Positions 19,490-31,232 are shown, counted from the whole stretch's first letter. The stretch is 62,048 nucleotides of DNA, filler included, from 8 parts of 8 records of this genome joined end to end with filler, not necessarily neighbours in it, one strand, 5' to 3'. Notes: generated from the sequence alone by a model not told the origin. Numbers and translations: made by a program.

Positions 19490-20470
19490 ATGATTATGAA
19501 CAAAATTATTCAATTAGCAGCGGTTGTTGCTGCAATTATTCTTGTCTCATGTAAAGACAGGACGAATACCTTAGTAACAACCCTTGATAAATACCCGTTT
19601 GCCTACGTTGGAGAATGGGATACGCGTAACCCGGAAAAGCAAACAATGTATGTAGTGCGCAACGGCAATGTGGAGTGGGAGTACAGTCTGCCTTTATTCA
19701 ATGAAGCAGGACATATTCAGGAGTTTGATGATATAACCGTTTTGCCCAATGGTAATATTGTATTTGCTGCCATGTCAAAAGTTGGTATTGTTTCGCCCGA
19801 CAAGGAAATCGTTTGGGAATATATGTGTCCGGAAGGGACTGAGTCGCACTCATGCCAGCCTATAGACGATGACCATGTGGTGTTTGCGCTTAACGGAGTT
19901 CCGGGAAAGATAATGATTTGGAATACGCAGTCCGATACACTGGTTCGTGAGATTATTGTTCCAACCGAAGGTACAGATCCCCATGGGCAGTTCCGTCATG
20001 TGCGCATGACAAAAGATGGTACGTTTGTAACAGGTCTTATGCACGAGGGATTGGCAGTAGAACTAAGTGCAAATGGTGAAATTATTTGGTCGGCACCTGC
20101 TCCGTCTGCCTGGTCTGCAATACGACTGAATAATGGCAATTATCTTGCAGCAGGAGATGGCAACGGCTACGTTCGCGAGTTCAACAAGGCTGGTGAAACG
20201 GTTTGGGAGATCACTCAGAATGACGTTCCGTTTAAGCTTTACAACACCCAAACAGCTATGAGACTGGAAAACGGGAATACAATTATTGCCAATTGGGTAG
20301 CCGGAGCGCCACAAGAGAATTGGGCAGGCTCGGTACAGTTTTTTGAAGTAACCCAAGACAAGGAAATTGTATGGCAGGTGTCCTCTTGGGAAAACCCCGA
20401 TCTTGGCCCATGCACCTATCTTCATATTCTTGATGAAGAGGGCAGTGTGTATATGGGGCAACAGAGATAA
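19490..20470 (+). CDS. Beta-propeller lipoprotein (arylsulfotransferase/PQQ-like fold)
   Basis: Lipobox IILVS-C. Repeated blade-like motifs (LPNGNIV, EIVWEY, GEIIW, LNNGNYL, GETVW, LENGNTII). Confidence 0.7.
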   Translation: MIMNKIIQLAAVVAAIILVSCKDRTNTLVTTLDKYPFAYVGEWDTRNPEKQTMYVVRNGNVEWEYSLPLFNEAGHIQEFDDITVLPNGNIVFAAMSKVGIVSPDKEIVWEYMCPEGTESHSCQPIDDDHVVFALNGVPGKIMIWNTQSDTLVREIIVPTEGTDPHGQFRHVRMTKDGTFVTGLMHEGLAVELSANGEIIWSAPAPSAWSAIRLNNGNYLAAGDGNGYVREFNKAGETVWEITQNDVPFKLYNTQTAMRLENGNTIIANWVAGAPQENWAGSVQFFEVTQDKEIVWQVSSWENPDLGPCTYLHILDEEGSVYMGQQR

Positions 20471-20618
20471 GCTAAGAGGATCCTATCTGTCATGGGCAGA
20501 GTGACTAGCCATCGCAGAAAGGCGTTTCTGTGAAAGGTGAAATTACCCGCTATTTCAACGGTAACTCATTCTAAAAGCCAGAATACGGAATAATACAGCC
20601 AATAAAAAAGGAATTGAT

Positions 20619-20818
20619 ATGCATTATATTGCTGATGAAAAAAGGTACAGCCAGATGCCTTACAAAAAATGTGGGAAATGGGGATTAAAGCTTCCATCCA
20701 TTTCACTAGGTTTATGGCATAACTTCGGAGGAGTTGATGTTTTTGAAAATGGCAGGGCTATGTGTCGCAAGGCTTTTGATCTTGGGATAACGCATTTTGA
20801 TTTAGCCAATAATTACGG
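20619..20818 (+). CDS. Aldo/keto reductase (L-glyceraldehyde 3-phosphate reductase-like), 3'-truncated
   Basis: CGKWGLKLPSISLGLWHNFG...AFDLGITHFDLANNYG. Confidence 0.92.
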
Positions 20819-20918
20819 NNNNNNNNNNNNNNNNNNNNNNNNNNNNNNNNNNNNNNNNNNNNTTAATTAATTAANNNNNNNNNNNNNNNNNNNNNNNNNN
20901 NNNNNNNNNNNNNNNNNN

Positions 20919-21499
20919 TATAATCTAACTGATCCAATGAAGTATAAAGAAGAAGCCACAGAGGTTGTAAAAGGGTTTTTGACAGTTGGTGCAGAAATGG
21001 GCGGAGCTGATGTTATGTTGGCTATCATGAAAGGCGCATTCCCAGATGGCGCTGATCGTGAAGAATACAAGAAGACTTTTTATGAGTCATTGCTTCCTGC
21101 TGTTGAACTAGCTGAAAAGCTTGGCAACGACCTAACAATCGAAGCTGTTAACCGTTTTAGTGTCCTTGGCTATGGACGGCGGATGAAACACTTGAGTTTG
21201 TTAATCGTTTTGATTCTGACCGCGTAACAGTTCACTTGGATACTTTCCATATGAACATAGAAGATCCTGACATGGAAGCAGCTATTCGTATGTGTAAAGG
21301 CAAGCTAGGACACTTCCATGCATCTGATAATGATCGTCGTTATCCTGGTCATAGCCATGTAGATTTCAAGTTGTGTGTTGATACTCTATATGATATCGGT
21401 TATAAAGGTGCAATCGGATTTGAGTATTGGGCTGATCCTGATGGTGAAACTGCTGCACGTTTGGGTCTTGAGCATGTTAAGCAGTTCCTACGCGACTAA
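20919..21499 (+). CDS. Sugar phosphate isomerase/epimerase (D-tagatose/D-psicose 3-epimerase-like), 5'-truncated, frameshift near 21158
   Basis: Motifs EAVNRF[E], VHLDTFHMNIE, HFHASDNDRRYPG, GFE. Restoring one G (TTT GAG TGT) joins ORFs 20937-21227 and 21236-21499. Confidence 0.88.
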
Positions 21500-21534
21500 A
21501 TAGTTGGCGTTTTAGCTTAAATAGTATTATAATA

Positions 21535-21573
21535 AAAGCGCGGCGAAAACTTCGTCGCGCTTTATAATTTTTT
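21535..21573 (+). terminator. Intrinsic terminator-like hairpin
   Basis: AAAGCGCGGCGAA-AAC-TTCGTCGCGCTTT followed by a T-rich tail. Confidence 0.7.
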
Positions 21574-21592
21574 CAAGGAGTTCATCTATTTA

Positions 21593-22015
21593 ATGAATTT
21601 AAATAACAAATTATTTAAAGGCAGATACGGAATATCAAAGCTATCAATTGTGTTTATAGTATTGGGTATTCTATCAATAGTCTATTCGCTTTTGATAGGG
21701 TTGTCATGGAGGTATTCTCCAGGTGTGCTTACAGGGTTAATATGCATTGCATATGGTGTTTGGCGGTGCATGTCTAAAAAAATATATAAACGACAAGCAG
21801 AGGATCGCGCTTTTGATATGATTATATACAAGGCAAAAGGGATGTGGTATCGTTTAAAAGCGCGCCTTGGGATTATCAATCGTCCTAAAAGGGATAAAAA
21901 CTATAAAATAATAAGATGCCCTATATGTAACCAGAAAATGCGTGTACCTAAGGGTAAAGGATTAATTCGAATTACTTGTAAAAAATGCACTAATAAGTTT
22001 GAGCGTAAGGTATAA
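21593..22015 (+). CDS. Hypothetical membrane protein with C-terminal zinc ribbon
   Basis: Two N-terminal TM segments and CPICNQKMRVPKGKGLIRITCKKC. AAGGAG RBS. Confidence 0.8.
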   Translation: MNLNNKLFKGRYGISKLSIVFIVLGILSIVYSLLIGLSWRYSPGVLTGLICIAYGVWRCMSKKIYKRQAEDRAFDMIIYKAKGMWYRLKARLGIINRPKRDKNYKIIRCPICNQKMRVPKGKGLIRITCKKCTNKFERKV

Positions 22016-22086
22016 AATTAATTAATGATAATAGTGCCAATTGGCTCTAGATAAATTTTTTAATAACAATCGGAGGGAAAATTACG

Positions 22087-25000
22087 ATGGGTGATGTCAG
22101 ACGAGTGTACGTTGAAAAACGACCGGGATTTGATGTTTTAGCTGATGGAATCAAAAAGGATCTTTGCGAAAATCTAGGAAAAAATATTTCTCATCTGCGC
22201 ATGCTTTATCGCTATGATGTTGAGGGATTAAAAGATGATGAGTTTAATAAGGCTTTAAATAGTGTTTTTTCAGAGCCAGCAGTTGACTCAATATCTTTAG
22301 AAGACTTTACGTATAACGATGATGATAAAGTGTTTGTTGTTGAATATCTTCCTGGACAGTACGACCAACATGCAGATAGTGCAGCGCAATGTGTTCAGCT
22401 GCTAACGCAGGGCGAGCTGCCAAACGTGCACGTTGCAAGGGTTTATGTTTTAAGCGGACAGCTAACAGATTCTGATATTAAGGATATAAAAAGCTACATT
22501 GTTAACCCTGTAGATTCAAGAGAAGCTAGCTTTGAAAAGCCTAAGTCGCTTGAAATGACTTATGATGTTCCTGACGATGTTAAGATTCTAGAAGGTTTTT
22601 GTTTACTTGATCAAAATGGAATAAAAGATATGCATAAAGAGTTAGGTCTTGCTATGCATGTTGACGATTTAGCATTTTGTCAAAAGTATTTTAAGTCCGA
22701 AAATAGAGATCCGTCTATTACCGAGATACGTGTAATAGATACATATTGGTCAGATCATTGTCGTCACACTACATTTTTAACAGATATCGAAAAAGTGACA
22801 ATTGATGATGGTCCTTATAAGAAAATGTTTGAGAAGGCACAAAAGCAGTATAAAGATGCCAGAAATTATGTTTATGGCAAAGATACAGATCGCAGTGTTT
22901 GTTTAATGGATCTTGCTGTAATATGCATGAAGGAAGCCAAGAAAAAAGGTTTGTTAGATGATCTTGATGAGAGTGAAGAGATTAACGCTTGCTCGATAAA
23001 AGCAACTATTGAAGTTGATGGGCAGGAACAAGATTATCTAGTAATGTTTAAAAATGAAACGCATAATCATCCAACTGAAATTGAACCGTTTGGTGGTGCG
23101 GCTACTTGTCTAGGAGGAGCGATTCGAGATCCGTTATCGGGCAGATCATATGTATATCAAGCTATGCGTGTTACAGGATGCGGTGATCCAATCGAAAAAG
23201 TTGAAGATACTTTACCAGGCAAGCTCCCTCAACGTAAGTTAACTGTGGGTGCGGCGCAAGGATATTCAAGCTATGGTAATCAAATAGGTCTTGCAACAGG
23301 ATTGGTGGATGAGCTATATCATCCTGATTTTGTTGCAAAAAGAATGGAAATTGGCGCTGTAATAGCAGCCGCTCCTGCACATAACGTGGTTAGGATGCGT
23401 CCTGAAGATGGAGATGTAATCGTTCTTATTGGTGGACGTACTGGTCGCGATGGTTGTGGTGGCGCAACTGGATCGAGTAAGGCGCATGACGAAGAAAGTA
23501 TTTTAGTTTGTGGAGCCGAAGTGCAAAAAGGTAATCCGCTGACTGAACGCAAGATACAGCGTTTGTTTAGGGACGCTGATTTTACCAGGATGATAAAACG
23601 ATGCAACGACTTTGGCGCAGGAGGGGTATCTGTTGCTATTGGTGAGCTGGCTGATTCGCTGGATATTAATTTGGATAGCGTTTTGAAAAAATATGAAGGT
23701 TTAGATGGTACTGAGCTAGCGATATCAGAATCTCAAGAGAGAATGGCAATAGTTGTACAAGCTAAAGATACTGATGCTGTTTTAGAGTGTTGCGCAAAGG
23801 AAAACTTAGAAGCTACTATTGTAGCAAAGGTTACTGATAATGGACGCATGAGAATGAATTGGCGAGGCAAGACGATTGTAGATTTATCCCGAGAGTTTTT
23901 GGATACAAATGGTGTTTCGCAGACGATTTCAGTTAGGATAACACAGCCTAAGGGCAGTTATTTTGATAAAGATATTCAAGGTGATGTTAAAGATTTGTGG
24001 ATAAACGCTATGAGTGACTTGAATGTTTGTTCAAAGCGAGGGCTAATTGAACGGTTTGACAGTACAATTGGCGCTGGAACAGTACTTATGCCGTTTGGAG
24101 GTAAACGCCAGCTTACTCCTTTGCAGGTTATGGCGGCGAAGATACCTGTGCTTGATGGATACACTAATGCGTGTAGTGTAATGAGTTATGGATATGATCC
24201 ATATCTTGCAAGTTATAGTCCATTCCATGGTGCTATGTATGCTGTTGTTTCGTCGGTTGAAAAGATTGCCTGTGTGGGCGCTGATTATTCCAAGGCAAGA
24301 TTGACATTACAGGAATACTTTGAAAGACCGGGCGATGATGAAAGCAGATGGGGTAAACCATATGCCGCGCTGTTGGGAGCAGGAATGGCACAAAGGGCGC
24401 TTGGATTGGCTGCAATTGGCGGAAAAGATAGTATGTCAGGGTCGTTTAAGGATATGGATGTTCCACCTACGTTGTGTTCGTTTGCGGTTTGCGTTAGTGA
24501 TGCAAATGATGTTATTTCTCCTGAGTTAAAAGAAGCGGATAATAGGGTAGCGTTGCTTAGACTTAAACGAGATAAAAACGCTGTTCCAGATTTCAAATAC
24601 TTAACCAAGATTCTAAATGTACTTAAAGATAGTATTAGAAGTGGCGAGGTTGTTTCGGCATATGTCGTTGATTCGGGTGGACTAGCCCCTGCAATTGCTA
24701 AAATGGCTTTCGGAAATAGCTTAGGCGTTATCATGGAAGGTGAGTTTGATAATAAAGAGCTGTTTGCTCCTTTCGTGGGTGATATTGTTCTTGAGATAAG
24801 CCAGGATCAAAGTGAAAATCCTGCACTTTCTGATTTGGTTATGCCTATAGGCAAGGTATGCGATAATGCTGAAATTAGAGTAAACGGACAGACTATTTTG
24901 TTATCTGAGTTGGAAACTGCATGGGCTAATACGTTAGAGGATGTTTTCCCTACTAAAGTTAATCATAAAGTTGTAAACAATACTCCAATTTATTCAGCGA

Positions 25001-25830
25001 AGGCAGAAAGGTATAATGGACGCAGATTGGTAAAACCGCGCGTAACAATTCCTGTTTTCCCAGGAACAAACTGTGAATATGATACAGCGCGTGCTTTTGA
25101 GCGTGCAGGAGCAATTGCTGACGTGGTAATAATCCGAAATCTATCTCAAAATGATATTGAGCAGAGCATTGAGCGGTTTGCTAAATCGCTGGACAACTCA
25201 CAAATACTAATGATTCCAGGCGGATTTAGCGGGGGAGATGAGCCGGATGGCAGCGGAAAGTTTATTGCAACTACTTTAAAAAATTCGCGTATTGCTGAGG
25301 CGGTTACTCGGTTGCTCAAAGATAGAGATGGTCTTGCCTTGGGTATTTGTAACGGATTCCAAGCTATGGTAAAAGTTGGATTGGTTCCTTACGGTGAGAT
25401 TAGAGAAATGCAAAGTGATAGTCCAACGCTTACGTTTAACAGTATTGGAAGGCATATGAGTAGACTAGTTAACACTCGTATTACTAGTACTCTTTCACCA
25501 TGGTTTAGTAAGGTAAACGTTCAAGATGTGCATACGGTTGCAATATCTCATGGTGAGGGTAGGTTTGTCGCTACTCAGGAAGAGATAGATTCTCTATTCT
25601 TAAATGGACAGGTAGCTACTCAGTATGTTGATGATAGAAGCTTACCATCAATGGATGATTTGTTTAATCCTAACGGTTCAATGATGGCTATAGAAGGCAT
25701 AACGAGTCCTAACGGGCGTGTGTTGGGTAAAATGGGACACAGTGAGCGGTTGGATAATGGATTGTATAAAAATGTTATTGGCGATAAGGATCAAAAAATA
25801 TTCGAAAGTGGAGTAGAATATTTTAGATAA
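22087..25830 (+). CDS. purL: Phosphoribosylformylglycinamidine synthase, single-chain (PurL+PurQ) clostridial type
   Basis: Motifs WSDHCRH, FKNETHNHPTEIEPFGGA, DFGAGG, SESQERM, GGKDSMSG. Glutaminase domain with PGTNCE, GICNGFQ, SHGEG, MGHSER. Confidence 0.98.
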   Translation: MGDVRRVYVEKRPGFDVLADGIKKDLCENLGKNISHLRMLYRYDVEGLKDDEFNKALNSVFSEPAVDSISLEDFTYNDDDKVFVVEYLPGQYDQHADSAAQCVQLLTQGELPNVHVARVYVLSGQLTDSDIKDIKSYIVNPVDSREASFEKPKSLEMTYDVPDDVKILEGFCLLDQNGIKDMHKELGLAMHVDDLAFCQKYFKSENRDPSITEIRVIDTYWSDHCRHTTFLTDIEKVTIDDGPYKKMFEKAQKQYKDARNYVYGKDTDRSVCLMDLAVICMKEAKKKGLLDDLDESEEINACSIKATIEVDGQEQDYLVMFKNETHNHPTEIEPFGGAATCLGGAIRDPLSGRSYVYQAMRVTGCGDPIEKVEDTLPGKLPQRKLTVGAAQGYSSYGNQIGLATGLVDELYHPDFVAKRMEIGAVIAAAPAHNVVRMRPEDGDVIVLIGGRTGRDGCGGATGSSKAHDEESILVCGAEVQKGNPLTERKIQRLFRDADFTRMIKRCNDFGAGGVSVAIGELADSLDINLDSVLKKYEGLDGTELAISESQERMAIVVQAKDTDAVLECCAKENLEATIVAKVTDNGRMRMNWRGKTIVDLSREFLDTNGVSQTISVRITQPKGSYFDKDIQGDVKDLWINAMSDLNVCSKRGLIERFDSTIGAGTVLMPFGGKRQLTPLQVMAAKIPVLDGYTNACSVMSYGYDPYLASYSPFHGAMYAVVSSVEKIACVGADYSKARLTLQEYFERPGDDESRWGKPYAALLGAGMAQRALGLAAIGGKDSMSGSFKDMDVPPTLCSFAVCVSDANDVISPELKEADNRVALLRLKRDKNAVPDFKYLTKILNVLKDSIRSGEVVSAYVVDSGGLAPAIAKMAFGNSLGVIMEGEFDNKELFAPFVGDIVLEISQDQSENPALSDLVMPIGKVCDNAEIRVNGQTILLSELETAWANTLEDVFPTKVNHKVVNNTPIYSAKAERYNGRRLVKPRVTIPVFPGTNCEYDTARAFERAGAIADVVIIRNLSQNDIEQSIERFAKSLDNSQILMIPGGFSGGDEPDGSGKFIATTLKNSRIAEAVTRLLKDRDGLALGICNGFQAMVKVGLVPYGEIREMQSDSPTLTFNSIGRHMSRLVNTRITSTLSPWFSKVNVQDVHTVAISHGEGRFVATQEEIDSLFLNGQVATQYVDDRSLPSMDDLFNPNGSMMAIEGITSPNGRVLGKMGHSERLDNGLYKNVIGDKDQKIFESGVEYFR

Positions 25831-25845
25831 GATCTTATTAGAAAA

Positions 25846-25871
25846 GAGAGCCGATAATATCGGCTTTTTTT
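25846..25871 (+). terminator. Intrinsic terminator after purL
   Basis: GAGCCGATA-A-TATCGGCTT hairpin followed by a T run. Confidence 0.8.
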
Positions 25872-25872
25872 A

Positions 25873-25945
25873 TTGACAAATGATTAAACAGGAGTATAAT
25901 TAAGCATGTAAATAATTAAGTTAATAAACAATTAAGCTAGTAAAC
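25873..25945 (+). promoter_or_regulatory. marR promoter plus three tandem 16-bp operator-like repeats
   Basis: TTGACA-16-TATAAT (25873-25900). Repeats AATTAAGCATGTAAAT / AATTAAGTTAATAAAC / AATTAAGCTAGTAAAC (25898-25945). Confidence 0.75.
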
Positions 25946-25962
25946 CAATTAAAGGAGAGGCA

Positions 25963-26430
25963 ATGGATGATGAGAGAATTCTTGAAATGGCGCAAGAGCT
26001 TGACAAACGTATGCACAATTTTAAGAGAAAAGAAATATTTCCTAAAGAAAAGTGGTTAAGCGAGTTAAAACCAAGTGAACATTATGCTCTTAGGGTGCTG
26101 CGCCACATAAATGGTGGGCAAAAAGTTATGCCTAGTCAATTAGCAAAAGAAATGAAAGTTTCGCTTGCTGCTGTTACTCAACAGATAAAAGCGCTTGAGC
26201 AGCATGGGTATGTAACTAGACAGCTTTCTAGCACAGATAGAAGAAGGATGTATGTTTCGTTAACACAAAAAGGCTTTGAATTATTCGAGAAGTCAAAAGT
26301 GGAAAGAATAAAGTTTATGAGTGGATTAATGAAATATTTAGGCGAGGAGGATAGTAAGAAATTAGTCGAGTTAATGATAAAAGCTGTAAAGTATATTGAG
26401 GGAATTAATAAAAACAATAAACCCGATTAG
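25963..26430 (+). CDS. MarR family transcriptional regulator
   Basis: Winged HTH: PSQLAKEMKVSLAAVTQQIKALEQHGYV...DRRRMYVSLTQKG. Confidence 0.93.
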   Translation: MDDERILEMAQELDKRMHNFKRKEIFPKEKWLSELKPSEHYALRVLRHINGGQKVMPSQLAKEMKVSLAAVTQQIKALEQHGYVTRQLSSTDRRRMYVSLTQKGFELFEKSKVERIKFMSGLMKYLGEEDSKKLVELMIKAVKYIEGINKNNKPD

Positions 26431-26573
26431 TAAAAACTTATTATNNNNNNNNNNNNNNNNNNNNNNNNNNNNNNNNNNNNNNNNNNNNTTAATTAATTAA
26501 NNNNNNNNNNNNNNNNNNNNNNNNNNNNNNNNNNNNNNNNNNNNTTTTTTGTTGGTCATAATATCCATTCACA

Positions 26574-27062
26574 TCAAGCGTTCATTTTATCGCTTTGCGA
26601 GACGTCTACCTGAATTTTAGTATCATATTTTATTGTGGATAAAATAAACGATGTATTGATTTTATTGACTCCTTTAATGGGAGTAAGTTTGTGTAGTACG
26701 AACTCTTCGTATTCCCGTATGTCTTTAACAGCTACCTTTAAAAGAAAGTCATCTGCACCGGCAATATGGTAACATTCCAACACCTCGTAAAGCTTATTGA
26801 TCTCTTCCGTAAAACGATCGATTGCCTGTAATCTGTGAGCAGCCAGAGATACAGATACATAGGCAAGTGTTCCTTTATTGACTTTTTCGGGATTAACCAA
26901 TGCTACATAACGATGAATGATATCCGCATTTTCCAATCTTTTGACTCGTTCCAACATTCCCGGAGGCGATATCCCGATTTCCGCGGCTAATTGTGCATTG
27001 GTTATGCGACCGTTTTCCTGGAGGATGTTAATTATTTTTTTATCTGTTTCATCTAGTTTCAT
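26574..27062 (-). CDS. Lrp/AsnC family transcriptional regulator
   Basis: LDETDKKIINILQENGRITNAQLA...ERVKRLE and ECYHIAGADDFLLKV. Confidence 0.95.
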   Translation of the reverse strand: MKLDETDKKIINILQENGRITNAQLAAEIGISPPGMLERVKRLENADIIHRYVALVNPEKVNKGTLAYVSVSLAAHRLQAIDRFTEEINKLYEVLECYHIAGADDFLLKVAVKDIREYEEFVLHKLTPIKGVNKINTSFILSTIKYDTKIQVDVSQSDKMNA

Positions 27063-27085
27063 ATAATCTCTTTTCTGAAAAGTGA

Positions 27086-28603
<1,518 letters not shown>

Positions 28604-28886
28604 TTAATAAAATTCAGGAAATTTGATAAAGTTATTCGTTGGGATAATTTGGTTGGTCAAAGTGTTGTATAACCATACAGGATTCAGGAGCCCAAAGAAC
28701 TCGTAACTGGGAAAGTTGTTTAATATAACCACTTTTTGAGTTATTGAATTCCAATAGTGGATTGAATCAGGAAGGCTAAGAATTAAACGCAGGATCAGTG
28801 TCTGAGAATGAAATCCTGTTCCACGATTTTGAGAAATGTGAACTATATAAATCAGGTATGTAATGAAATTAGTGAGGATTTAACCA

Positions 28887-29114
28887 TTACATTTTAGCGT
28901 AGGAATAGCCACCATTTTTGATATAAAGATTAACAAATTTGTCTTTTGAGGGTGACTTTAACAGCGCCTGGTATATGTATTCCGGAATACCAAAATATTG
29001 AATAAGATCAGAATTATGAAATTCCAGTTCCAACGTATACGTTTCCGGGTCATAAGCAATAGAGGCAAGTTTTTTACAATTTACTGCAATCCGTTCAATG
29101 TGGATATTTTCCAT
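28887..29114 (-). CDS. KTSC domain protein
   Basis: SIAYDPETYTLELEFH...YFGIPEYIYQALLKSPSKDKFVNLYIK matches the KTSC pattern. Confidence 0.85.
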   Translation of the reverse strand: MENIHIERIAVNCKKLASIAYDPETYTLELEFHNSDLIQYFGIPEYIYQALLKSPSKDKFVNLYIKNGGYSYAKM

Positions 29115-29507
29115 ATTCGATTTCTTTTCTAGTCTGGTAAATTGTTTTGAAAAAATTAATATAGATATCGCTCAATTGAATGTAGATCATCCCAGGATAC
29201 ACTAAAAGTGTCACCTCCTTTACCTGAGAAGGTCGTAATAATATATAATGCGGAACAAAAAGGACGCAGTTTTTTAATTGTTACGGAAATTTTCTCGGTA
29301 TTAGAGGATTAGCAAAGAAGGAAGTCTCCCACTCCTTGTATAAGGATAATTAAAAAAATGATAACTAGCAAGTATTTTTTTAAGGATTATTTACAAAAAG
29401 GTAATAGGGAAGGCTGGTTAATGGCGTTATTTATGTTTCAGAACCGGTAATATTTATCCCGGGATGAGATCTTGAATTCATATTATAAAACGGAGATACG
29501 TATTTGG

Positions 29508-29936
29508 TTAGACCTGATTTTCCTGGATGTTATCAATTTTGTGTTCCAGAAAACCAAGGGAGCTTAATTCTTGTAAAAATAGTTTTTTTGAAATCGGTTT
29601 TTTTAAATATCCATCGCATTGTTCACGAAAAGCTTGCATAATATTTTTTGAATCCTCGCTTGCGGTAGTCATAATGATTTTCACACCTTTTCCAGCCGGG
29701 ATGTTATATTGTGATTCGATGGATCGAATTAATTTGAGAACATCCTGTCCATCCATTTCTGGCATTGTAATATCCAAACAGATCAGGTCGAATGGATTAC
29801 GATTATTCAGTGCTTCAAAAAATAGTTCTAATCCTTCCTTACCATTCATAGCTGGTATACATTCTCCATAAGAAGCGACATAATGCTGAATCAGCTTTTG
29901 ACTGAAATTATCATCTTCTATGATGAGGATTCTCAT
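29508..29936 (-). CDS. Single-domain response regulator (CheY-like receiver)
   Basis: Motifs ILIIEDD, DLICLDITMPEMDG, IIMTTA, YLKKP. Confidence 0.93.
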   Translation of the reverse strand: MRILIIEDDNFSQKLIQHYVASYGECIPAMNGKEGLELFFEALNNRNPFDLICLDITMPEMDGQDVLKLIRSIESQYNIPAGKGVKIIMTTASEDSKNIMQAFREQCDGYLKKPISKKLFLQELSSLGFLEHKIDNIQENQV

Positions 29937-30051
29937 CGTATTTCCCTTTCTTTGTGTATATGTAATTTATTGTGACAGTTTATTTGATATAAAATCCAGA
30001 GAGATGTTACGTTTAAAGGCGGTTTTGTATACCCAAAATCTGTTATACTCT

Positions 30052-30398
30052 CTAGAATTGAATTTTATATGTTGTGCTTTTATGGTAGGATAGGTCAATG
30101 TGTCCGTTAGTTGATCCAGCAGGGTAAAGACCAATTGTAATCCCAAGGTTTCAAGGTTATCAATATTGAAATTTTTAGGCAAACCAATCCCATCATCGCT
30201 AATGGATAATAAATGTTTTTTGTTCTTATCCCTTTAAGTTCACTTGAATGGATCCATCTTTTTTACCTGGGAATGCATATTTGAGAGCATTTGATACAAG
30301 TTCATTGATGATTAAACCGCAAGCAATGGCATTATTAACATCCAGATACATATCATCAACATCTATTACCACATTGATATTTTTTTCAGAAATTTCGA
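30052..30398 (-). pseudogene. Remnant of a HisKA_2-type sensor histidine kinase ATPase domain
   Basis: Minus-strand translation gives AIACGLIINELVSNALKYAFPG, a frameshift near 30232, then ISDDGIGLPKNF...ETLGLQLV and a further break. No N-terminal part is present. Confidence 0.8.
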
Positions 30399-31232
30399 TT
30401 CACAGGAGGTCCGCTTTAAGCGTTGTAACTCATGCAAGTAAAAGAGAGTGGCTTTTCATGCTTTTCTATTTTTTCTTATTCCAAAGAACAAATCATTCTT
30501 TCTGCTCCATATCATTTTTGTCTGCGATTTCTTTTCAGTGAGTTTAAAAATAGTTATTTGAGTTGTTACACTTTAAATGTAACGTACGATAATAAAACTT
30601 TTTTACTAGGTAAATTGAGACAATATTTATGCCAGTGTATGATTCCCATGACATTGAAAATGATTTTACAGTGAATTTACATAATCCACATTTTTTCGTT
30701 AAAATATTCGTTTAAATAATGTCAGAATAATTTGAAAAAATAAATTTATTGATTTTAACTAACTAAATAATAGTTAGATAGAGTTTTTTTATTGTTGTGC
30801 GTTGCATTTTGAAAATTTAATATCTTGATTCACGATTTTTAAAAGTCAGAATAAAATTGTTTTAAACAAAGAGTAAATTGAAAAATTGCAATGATTTTGT
30901 ATAGCTGGAATCTTTTTTTACTTGTTTACAGGTAATTATGTCCCACACATGAGGAAAATTGTCCTACCATGTGGACAGTTTGACATATTTTCATTAACGT
31001 ATAGCCAGGATTTCGAATAATATGTCGAGCAATAAATTAATAAAATTATTACATTCTTTGTATAAACTGTTTGTAATAGTCATTCTTTGTTACTGCAAGT
31101 GAGAATTTGGTGTTACTTGAAATACAAGCAGAAATTAAAGTTTTATAGTTTTAATGTAAAATACTGTCTGTAGATGGATAGGATACGCAGTGCAGTAAAA
31201 AAAGATTATTTTGAAAAGAAAAGGAGATAGGA

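Noticed and set aside
21150-21170. Programmed frameshift or true pseudogene in the epimerase (and in the luxE-like gene at 45325-45329)
   Set aside because: Single-base losses next to T runs, with intact sequence on both sides and no canonical slippery heptamer. Most simply sequencing errors.
30400-31230. Short ORFs and loose palindromes in the AT-rich gap
   Set aside because: No recognisable protein motifs, and the palindromes are short or imperfect enough to be expected by chance in AT-rich DNA.
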